Made by a program: the position numbers and the translations under genes. A DNA stretch of 64,000 nt from Myxococcota bacterium. GTDB lineage: Bacteria > Myxococcota_A > UBA796 > CAJQPC01. The stretch covers positions 96,001 through 160,000 of the forward strand of contig JAZAMN010000024.1 of the NCBI GenBank assembly GCA_036229005.1, given 5' to 3'. Below are positions 55,836 to 64,000 of the stretch, in pieces (position 1 is the first letter of the stretch; every line of letters starts with the position of its first letter). The notes under the pieces were generated by a model. It ran no database searches and was not told the DNA's origin. It saw only the letters and a program-made list of their open reading frames with translations.

Positions 55836-55856
55836 CGTTAGCATCAGGGGCACTTC

Positions 55857-56906
55857 ATGGAGCCCCCAATGCACTTCGATGAGCTGGACTGGCAGGACAT
55901 CCTGCGGCGCGCCAAGGCCGGGATCGGCATCTCCGCGGACGAGGCCCAGGCCCTGGTGGAGCTGGACGACGAGTCCAAGCTGGAGCAGGTCATGGCCGTC
56001 ACCGACGCCATCCGCCTGCACTTCAAGCAGAACGAGGTCTACACCTGCGGCATCACCAACGCCAAGTCCGGCGCCTGCCCCGAGAAGTGCAACTTCTGCA
56101 GCCAGTCCGCGCACTTCAAGGCCGCCAAGTCGCCCGTCTACAAGCTCAAGGACGCCGAGACCATCGCCCAGGAGGCCCAGGCCGCCCAGGACGCCGGCGT
56201 GCGGGAGTTCTCCATCGTGACCCAGGGCCGCGCCCTGTCCCAGCGGCGCGAGATCGACGAGGTCAAGAAGGCCCTGAACCTCATCCGCGAGCGCACCGGG
56301 CTCCAGACCTGCGCCAGCGTCGGGCTCATCTCCAAGGAGCACCTGGCCGAGCTGCAGGAGGCCGGCATGGACGCCATGCATCACAACCTGGAGACCGCCC
56401 GCAGCTTCCACGGAAACATCGTGGAGACCCACAGCTACGACGACGAGGTCCAGGCCGTGAAGAACGCCAAGGAGCTGGGCATGTACGTCTGCTCCGGCGG
56501 CATCTTCGGCATGGGCGAGAACTGGGGCCACCGCGTCGAGCTCGCCGCCGACCTGCGGGAGCTGGACGTGGACTCCGTCCCCCTGAACTTCCTGAACGCG
56601 CGCCCCGGCACCCCCCTGGAGGGCCTGGACGAGCTGAGCCCCTTCGAGTGCCTCAAGACCATCGCGCTCTATCGCCTGATGCTGCCCACCAAGGACCTCA
56701 TCGTCTGCGGCGGCCGCCAGGTGCACCTGCAGGACCGCCAGTCCGAGCTCTTCCGCGCCGGCGCCAACGGGATCATGCTGGGCGACTACCTGACCACCAA
56801 GGGCGGTGAGCACGCCGGGGACCTGGATCTGCTGCGCGCCCAGGGCATGGTCGTGCGACCCCCTCCGCACACCCCCAACGCGCCCTCTCTGCCCCCCGCC
56901 AAGTAG
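55857..56906 (+). CDS. bioB: biotin synthase
   Basis: NAKSGACPEKCNFCSQS radical-SAM motif, CASVG, HHNLET, CSGGIFGMGE, VPLNFL...PGTP, GDYLTT. Confidence 0.95.
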   Translation: MEPPMHFDELDWQDILRRAKAGIGISADEAQALVELDDESKLEQVMAVTDAIRLHFKQNEVYTCGITNAKSGACPEKCNFCSQSAHFKAAKSPVYKLKDAETIAQEAQAAQDAGVREFSIVTQGRALSQRREIDEVKKALNLIRERTGLQTCASVGLISKEHLAELQEAGMDAMHHNLETARSFHGNIVETHSYDDEVQAVKNAKELGMYVCSGGIFGMGENWGHRVELAADLRELDVDSVPLNFLNARPGTPLEGLDELSPFECLKTIALYRLMLPTKDLIVCGGRQVHLQDRQSELFRAGANGIMLGDYLTTKGGEHAGDLDLLRAQGMVVRPPPHTPNAPSLPPAK

Positions 56907-56916
56907 ACTGGCGCCC

Positions 56917-57996
56917 ATGCGGGCACGCTTCAAGAGGCTGGAGCAGCGGGTCGCCGAGGTGAAGGCCTCGGGGCTCAAGCGAGAGCTGCGTCCGCTGACC
57001 CCTACTGGCCCGACCACCGCCGAGCTCTCGGGGCGCAGCCTCGATGTCTTCTCCTCCAACGACTACCTGGGCCTGGCCTGGGAGCTGCGGCGTCACTGGC
57101 GCGGCCGCGGGGCCACCAGCTCCCGGCTGATCGCCGGCGACCGCAACGCCCACCACGCCCTGGAGGAGGCGCTCGAGGAGCTCTTCCACGGCGCCGCGCT
57201 GGTCTTCCCCTCCGGCTACCACGCCAACCTGGCGCTCATGTCCACCCTCTTCGAGCAGGGGGACGTGGTCGCCAGCGACAGCCTCAACCACGCCAGCATC
57301 ATCGACGGCCTGCGCCTGTCCAAGGCCCGCCGGGTGGTCGTCCCCCACGCCACCCCCGAGAAGCTCCCCGCGGACGCCACCGCCGTCGTGGTCGAGGGCC
57401 TCTACTCCATGGACGGCGACCAGCTCGCCCTGGAGGAGTACCAGCACCCCGACCGCTGGCTGGTGGTCGACGAGGCCCACGCCGTCGGCTGCGTCGGACC
57501 GCGGGGGCGGGGGGCCTCCTACGAGCAGGGCGTCGTCCCGGACGTGGTCGTCGGCACCCTGGGCAAGTCCTACGGGGCCGCGGGCGCCTTCATCATCGGC
57601 CCGCCGGAGCTCAAGGAGCTGCTGATCTCGAGGGGTCGCAGCTTCGTCTACACCACCGGGCTGGCTGAGGCCGCGGCCAGGGCCGCACTGGCAGGACTCG
57701 AGCGCGCAGACGAGGAGCGTCGATCCCTGCTCGCATCGCGCGTGCGGCGCTTCCGGGCCGGGCTCGCGGATCTCGGCCGCTTCCCCCCCGGAAAAGACCA
57801 CATCGTGCCCGTCGTCCTGGGCCCGGCCACCATGGCCGCCGCCCAGGCGCTGCTGGAGGCCGGCATCTACGTCCCCGGCATCCGCGCCCCCACCGTGGCC
57901 CCCGGCCAGGAGCGCCTGCGCTTCTCCTTGAGCGCCGCCCACAGCGACGAGCAGATCGACCGCTGCCTTTGCGCCATCGACCGGGTGCTGCGTTGA
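56917..57996 (+). CDS. bioF: 8-amino-7-oxononanoate synthase
   Basis: FSSNDYLGL, SRLIAG, SGYHAN, DSLNHASIIDG, YSMDGD, DEAHA.G, GTLGKS, IRAPTV..G..RLR. Confidence 0.92.
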   Translation: MRARFKRLEQRVAEVKASGLKRELRPLTPTGPTTAELSGRSLDVFSSNDYLGLAWELRRHWRGRGATSSRLIAGDRNAHHALEEALEELFHGAALVFPSGYHANLALMSTLFEQGDVVASDSLNHASIIDGLRLSKARRVVVPHATPEKLPADATAVVVEGLYSMDGDQLALEEYQHPDRWLVVDEAHAVGCVGPRGRGASYEQGVVPDVVVGTLGKSYGAAGAFIIGPPELKELLISRGRSFVYTTGLAEAAARAALAGLERADEERRSLLASRVRRFRAGLADLGRFPPGKDHIVPVVLGPATMAAAQALLEAGIYVPGIRAPTVAPGQERLRFSLSAAHSDEQIDRCLCAIDRVLR

Positions 57997-58769
57997 TGTT
58001 GCCCCTGCTGGTCCTGCTGAGCTGCGTCGGCCTGCGTCAGGCGCGGGGCCCCGAGCCCCTGGAGATCCAGACCCCCATGGTCCTGGGTTGGCGCCTGATC
58101 CCCGGCGACCAGCTCGTCTACGACCTCTCCTCCACCTGGCGGGTGGGCGAGGCCGACACGGTGCAGCGCGTCGAGCGCTGGAGCTACCTGGTGCGGGACG
58201 TGGACCCCCAGGGCGTCGCGCGCCTGGAGGGCAGCCTGATCGCCATCGGCGTGGACCGCGTCCAAGGGGGCCGCCGCAGCGCTGACCCTGTCCTCGCTGA
58301 GGCCCTGGAGCAGGAGAAGGCGCGGCTCTCCCAGGATCAGGTGGTGGTGGAGATCGCCATGGACGGGCGCCTCGTCGACCTCCGCGGCCTCCCCTGGGCC
58401 GACTCCCTCACCCACCGCCTGCTCGCCCTCCAGCTCTCCGCCGACGCCGTGGACGCCAGCAGCGCGTGGCCTGATCCCGTGCTGGCCCGCCCCTACGCCG
58501 ACCTGCTCCCCGTCCCCCTGGACGTCGAGGTCAGCGGCGAGCAGCGCGTGCAGGGCCTCTACGAGCAGGGCGGCGGCCTGCGCCTGCGCATCGACGGCAG
58601 CGGCCAGGTCCGGGCCACCGAGGGCGGCCCCCAGATCCACCTCCAGACCCAGAGCTGGTGGGACCCCCAGGCCGGGCGCCTGGTCGAGCGCTCCCTGCAG
58701 GTGGAGATGGCCAACCTCAGCGTCGCCGATCCGGGGATCCTCCTGCTGGAGGCCCGCCTGACAGAGTAG
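57996..58769 (+). CDS. hypothetical lipoprotein
   Basis: TGATG coupling; lipobox LLSC. Confidence 0.65.
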   Translation: MLPLLVLLSCVGLRQARGPEPLEIQTPMVLGWRLIPGDQLVYDLSSTWRVGEADTVQRVERWSYLVRDVDPQGVARLEGSLIAIGVDRVQGGRRSADPVLAEALEQEKARLSQDQVVVEIAMDGRLVDLRGLPWADSLTHRLLALQLSADAVDASSAWPDPVLARPYADLLPVPLDVEVSGEQRVQGLYEQGGGLRLRIDGSGQVRATEGGPQIHLQTQSWWDPQAGRLVERSLQVEMANLSVADPGILLLEARLTE

Positions 58770-58778
58770 ATTCAGCCC

Positions 58779-60206
58779 ATGCTGCTTCTGCTCCTGGCCT
58801 GTGGCCCCAAGCTCGAACCCTTCCCGGAAGACTTCGCCTTCGGCACCGCGACGGCGGGCTTCCAGGTGGACCCCGGCTGCCCCTTGGTGGACCCCAGCGT
58901 CTGCGAGGACCAGCACTCCGACTGGTACCAGTGGGTCACCGAGCCCGGGCTGCAGGACGAGCCCGACACCTACCTCTCCGGCGATCCCCTCTCCATGGGG
59001 CCCGGTCACCACGAGCTCTACGCCGAGGACCTGGAGCGGGCCGCCACCATGGGCACGGTCTTCCGCTTCTCCTTTGAGTGGTCGCGGCTCTTCCCGGACG
59101 GCGCCGAGCAGGCCACCACCGTCGCCGAGCTGCGCGAGCTGGCCTCCCCCGAGGCCCTGGCCTGGTACCACGCCTACCTGGACGAGATGGCCGCCCAGGG
59201 CCTGACCCCCATGGCCACCGTCAACCACTACACCCTCCCGCTGTGGGTGCACGACGGCTACGCCTGCCACTTTGACCTTTCGACCTGCCCCGCCCGCGGC
59301 TGGGTGGACGGCGAGCGCATCATCCCGCTGATCACCCTCTACACCGCCTTCCTGGCCCAGGAGTACGGGGACCAGATCGACCTCTGGATCACCCTCAACG
59401 AGCCCGTCGCCGTGTTCATGAGCGGCTACATCTTCCCCTCCCAGGACCGCACGAACCCCCCCGGCATCGCCGACATGGCGGTGGGCCTGCAGGTCGCCCG
59501 GAACATGGCCCTCGCCCACGGCCAGATGGCCCAGGCCCTGCACAACAACGACCCGGACGCGCAGGTGGGCGTGGTCGTCAACCTCGGCGAGATCCGCCCC
59601 GCCGACCCCGAGCGCGAGCAGGACGTGCTGGCCGCCGAGCACATGCACTACCTCTACAACGAGCTGATCCCCGGGGCCTTCGTCACCGGCGCCATGGACA
59701 ACGACCTGGACGGCAGCACCGACGAGACCCTGGACGGGGTCGCCGGGAACACCGACTTCCTGGGGCTGAACTACTACTTCGCCTTCGAGGTCATCGGCCT
59801 GGGCCGCCCCGCCCCCGGCTTCGAGGACTACCCCCTGATGGACTTCTTCCCCGACACCCTGGACACCGACCCCCAGGGCATCGGGGCCGCGCTGGACATG
59901 ACCGCCGAGCTCGGCCTGCCCATCTGGATCACCGAGAACGGCGTCGCCGACCCCACCGACAGCGCCGGCCAGGACTTCCTGCTCCCCGCCCTGCGCGAGG
60001 TCCAGGCGCGCGCCGTCGAGCAGGACATCCGCGGTTACCTCTACTGGTCGCTGGTCGACAACTACGAGTGGAACCACGGAATGGACATGCGCTTTGGGCT
60101 CTACGCCGTCGACTCCGGCACCAAGGTCCGCACCCTGCGCCCCATCGGGGAGCGCTACCAGCAGATCGTCAGCGACCACGGGCTGCCCCGGGAGGAGGAG
60201 CAGTGA
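58779..60206 (+). CDS. glycoside hydrolase family 1 lipoprotein
   Basis: lipobox LLAC; FP..F.FG.ATA.FQV, FRFS.EWSR, H.TLP.W, TLNEP, ITENG, WSL.DNYEW..G...RFGL. Confidence 0.9.
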   Translation: MLLLLLACGPKLEPFPEDFAFGTATAGFQVDPGCPLVDPSVCEDQHSDWYQWVTEPGLQDEPDTYLSGDPLSMGPGHHELYAEDLERAATMGTVFRFSFEWSRLFPDGAEQATTVAELRELASPEALAWYHAYLDEMAAQGLTPMATVNHYTLPLWVHDGYACHFDLSTCPARGWVDGERIIPLITLYTAFLAQEYGDQIDLWITLNEPVAVFMSGYIFPSQDRTNPPGIADMAVGLQVARNMALAHGQMAQALHNNDPDAQVGVVVNLGEIRPADPEREQDVLAAEHMHYLYNELIPGAFVTGAMDNDLDGSTDETLDGVAGNTDFLGLNYYFAFEVIGLGRPAPGFEDYPLMDFFPDTLDTDPQGIGAALDMTAELGLPIWITENGVADPTDSAGQDFLLPALREVQARAVEQDIRGYLYWSLVDNYEWNHGMDMRFGLYAVDSGTKVRTLRPIGERYQQIVSDHGLPREEEQ

Positions 60207-61069
60207 GGCGCTGGGCCCTGTCCATCTTCGTCCTCACCGCTCTGGGCTGCAGCGGCGCCGCGCTCAACGGAACCCCGTCCACCAGCGAGGCCACCCGTCC
60301 GGCGACCACCCCCAAGCCGACCGGCCAGGCCGAGCTCACCCTGCTCTCCTGGAACGTCGAGTGGCTCGATGTCGCCGGCCAGGGCATGGTCCCGCGCTCC
60401 GCGGCCGAGCTCCAGGAGATGGCCCAGGTCATCCGCAGCGCCCAGCCCGACGTGGTCGTCCTCCAGGAGGTCGCCAGCGAGGAGGCCGCCCGCGCGCTGC
60501 TCCCCAAGGGCGACTGGCAGCTCGCCGTCGAAGACCGCAGCGACGACCAGCGCGTCGTGGTGGCCGTCCGCCAGGGCCTCGCCTTCGAGCGGAGGGCCGA
60601 CCTGCGCCCCCTGGCCGTCGGCAACCCCGGCCTGCGCCACGGCGTGGACGTCCAGGTGCAGACCGCCGCCGGCCCCGTGCGCGTGCTGGGGGTGCACCTC
60701 AAGGCCGGCTGCCAGTGGGACCCCTTCGACAGCAGCCAGGAGTGCGGCACCCTGGAGCGCCAGGCCGCCGTGCTCGAGACCTGGACCGACGCCCGCGCCA
60801 CCGAGGGCGTGCCCATGGTGGTGGTGGGGGACTTCAACCGCCAGATGCACGCCCAGGACCCCTTCTACCTGGCCGTCAGCGACGGCGAGCCCGCCGGCCT
60901 CCACCTGAGCCTGGGGCCCACCAAGGATGCCCAGTGCGAGCCCAAGCGGCGGCACCCCATCGACCACCTGCTGGTCAGCGGCGCCAGGGTGGGGGAGAGC
61001 AGACAGATCCCGCTGCAGCAGCCCCCCTTGTCCGACCACTGCCCCATCGTGGCCACCCTGGAGCTCTGA
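60203..61069 (+). CDS. endonuclease/exonuclease/phosphatase family lipoprotein
   Basis: lipobox ALGC; SWNVE, LQEV, VHLKAGC, GDFNR, IDH, SDHCP. Confidence 0.88.
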   Translation: MRRWALSIFVLTALGCSGAALNGTPSTSEATRPATTPKPTGQAELTLLSWNVEWLDVAGQGMVPRSAAELQEMAQVIRSAQPDVVVLQEVASEEAARALLPKGDWQLAVEDRSDDQRVVVAVRQGLAFERRADLRPLAVGNPGLRHGVDVQVQTAAGPVRVLGVHLKAGCQWDPFDSSQECGTLERQAAVLETWTDARATEGVPMVVVGDFNRQMHAQDPFYLAVSDGEPAGLHLSLGPTKDAQCEPKRRHPIDHLLVSGARVGESRQIPLQQPPLSDHCPIVATLEL

Positions 61070-62488
61070 GTGCTGCTGTTCGCCAGCGAGGACAAGCGGG
61101 AGCGGGACCAGCTCGCCCGCGCTCTGGGCAGCGAGCCCCTGAGCCTCGCCGCCAGCGCCGCGGATCTGCTCCAGGCCCTGGAGCGGGGCCCCACCTTCGT
61201 CGTGCTCTCCCTGGACCTGCCCGGGCTGTCCACCCGCCAGCTCCTGGAGCGGGTCCACAGCCGCAGCACCTCGCCGGCGCCCTGGCTGTTGATCCGGCCT
61301 GAGCAGCGCCGACAAGCCCTGGAGTTGTGCCGTCAAGGCGCGGGGGGGACCCTGCTTCGCCCCTTCGACCCCCAGGAGCTGCTGTGGGCCATGGAGGGAG
61401 CCCGCGCGCCCTCGCAGCTCGGGGCACCGGCGGTCCCCAAGGGCCAGGGGGTGGAGCGGCTGATCGGCAGCTCGGCGCCCATGCAGCGGCTGCGGAGCAT
61501 GATCCAGCGGGTGGCCGGAACCGACCTGTCCGTGCTGATCACCGGCGAGTCCGGCACCGGAAAGGAGGTCGTGGCGCGGGCTGTGCACGAGTGCTCCCTG
61601 CGGTCCCGCGCGCCCTTCGTGCCGGTGGACTGCGCCGCGATCCCCGCCAAGCTCATGGAGTCCGAGCTCTTTGGCTACGAGAAGGGGGCGTTCACGGGGG
61701 CGACCAGCCAGCGCAAGGGCCTGGTGGAGTCTGCGCGCGGCGGCACCTTCTTCCTGGACGAGATCGGCGAGCTGGAGCCCGGCTCCCAGGTCAAGCTGCT
61801 GCGCCTGCTGCAGGAGGGGAGCTACCGCCGCGTGGGCTCGAACGTGGAGTCCAAGGTCGCCCTGCGCGTGCTGGCCGCCACCAACCGCCCGCTGGAGGAG
61901 CGCATCCGGCAGGGGGCCTTCCGCGAGGACCTCTTCCACCGCCTCAACGTGGTGCGCCTGCACCTGCCGCCGCTGCGTGAGCGCCCCGGCGATGTCCCCG
62001 AGCTGCTGCGCGCCTTCCTGGAGCGCTTCGCCCGGCAGGCCGAGCGGCCGGTCCCCGAGCTGCCGCAGCCCATGGCCGAGACCCTCGCCGCCTACCGCTG
62101 GCCCGGCAATGTGCGCGAGCTGGTGAACACCGCGCAGTACCTCGCCAGCCTGGCCCCCGGTCCCGTGTTGCGCGTGCAGGACCTGCCCCAGAGGTTGAGG
62201 GCGAGCCTGTCCAAGCCCTCCGAGAACCTCTCCTCCCCCCAGGACGCGGGGGCCGCGGCGCCGAACCTGGCGATCCGCTACGACCTCCCCTACAAGCAGG
62301 CCAAGCGGGTCTGGGTGGAGCTGTTCGACTACGCGTACTTCGGCCGGCTGCTGGCCGAGCACGACGGCAACCTGTCCCAGGCGGCGCGCAGCGCGGGGAT
62401 CGATCGCAAGTCCATCCAGCGCTACCTCAAGCGCGCGGAGGAGCCCGACTCCGGGGCTGACGTGGGTCAGACACCGCCCAAGGGCTGA
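61070..62488 (+). CDS. sigma54-dependent activator with degenerate receiver domain
   Basis: [38 protein letters not shown]-terminal Fis-type HTH. Confidence 0.92.
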   Translation: MLLFASEDKRERDQLARALGSEPLSLAASAADLLQALERGPTFVVLSLDLPGLSTRQLLERVHSRSTSPAPWLLIRPEQRRQALELCRQGAGGTLLRPFDPQELLWAMEGARAPSQLGAPAVPKGQGVERLIGSSAPMQRLRSMIQRVAGTDLSVLITGESGTGKEVVARAVHECSLRSRAPFVPVDCAAIPAKLMESELFGYEKGAFTGATSQRKGLVESARGGTFFLDEIGELEPGSQVKLLRLLQEGSYRRVGSNVESKVALRVLAATNRPLEERIRQGAFREDLFHRLNVVRLHLPPLRERPGDVPELLRAFLERFARQAERPVPELPQPMAETLAAYRWPGNVRELVNTAQYLASLAPGPVLRVQDLPQRLRASLSKPSENLSSPQDAGAAAPNLAIRYDLPYKQAKRVWVELFDYAYFGRLLAEHDGNLSQAARSAGIDRKSIQRYLKRAEEPDSGADVGQTPPKG

Positions 62489-62507
62489 CGGTGTATCGTT
62501 GGGCCAC

Positions 62508-63863
<1,356 letters not shown>

Positions 63864-64000
63864 TTCTCCGAAGCATGAGTTCCGACACTCTTCGCGTGCC
63901 GGAACTCCTGCTCCAGAGAACTATTGTCTTCTCCGGGGGACACCCCCGGAAATGCGCCTTGCGGCGCAGCCCCCGCGGGCCCATTCGGGCCCGTGTTCTG

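Overview
High-GC bacterial DNA, most likely from a Myxococcota-type (deltaproteobacterial) genome. This is inferred from MYXO-CTERM-like tails, an FHA/sigma54 activator, TSP3-OmpA proteins and a delta-type BirA box. About the first 23 kb is an extracellular contractile injection system (eCIS)-like locus. It has a divergent ATPase-like/DUF4157 pair at the left edge, then DUF4255, two sheaths, two tubes, a chaperone with a DUF6760-like frame, a 1150-aa low-complexity protein, a tube initiator/LysM protein, a gp27-like hub, gp25, baseplate J, a gpI-like protein and a short Afp13-like protein. Five features of the locus are unusual. (1) The chaperone and DUF6760-like frames are joined by a GGGGGAA site that looks like a phage G/GT-type programmed -1 frameshift. 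(2) The tube initiator carries a ~500-aa glycine-rich tail. (3) No spike or PAAR gene is present in the window. (4) There is no recognisable tail fibre. (5) The gene next to the operon encodes a ubiquitin-like + transmembrane + C4HC3 zinc-finger protein. The rest is mostly housekeeping and accessory genes: MarR/beta-lysine acetyltransferase, OmpA-TSP3 proteins, arginyl-transferase, an iodotyrosine-deiodinase-like gene, a dpgA mini-cluster, REC-EAL, a large surface protein, serA/serC, bioA/B/F, GH1, an EEP nuclease and two sigma54 activators. Many genes have a TANNNT box 5-8 nt before the start codon, which suggests frequent leaderless transcription. All family assignments come from motif recognition by eye; no database search was run.
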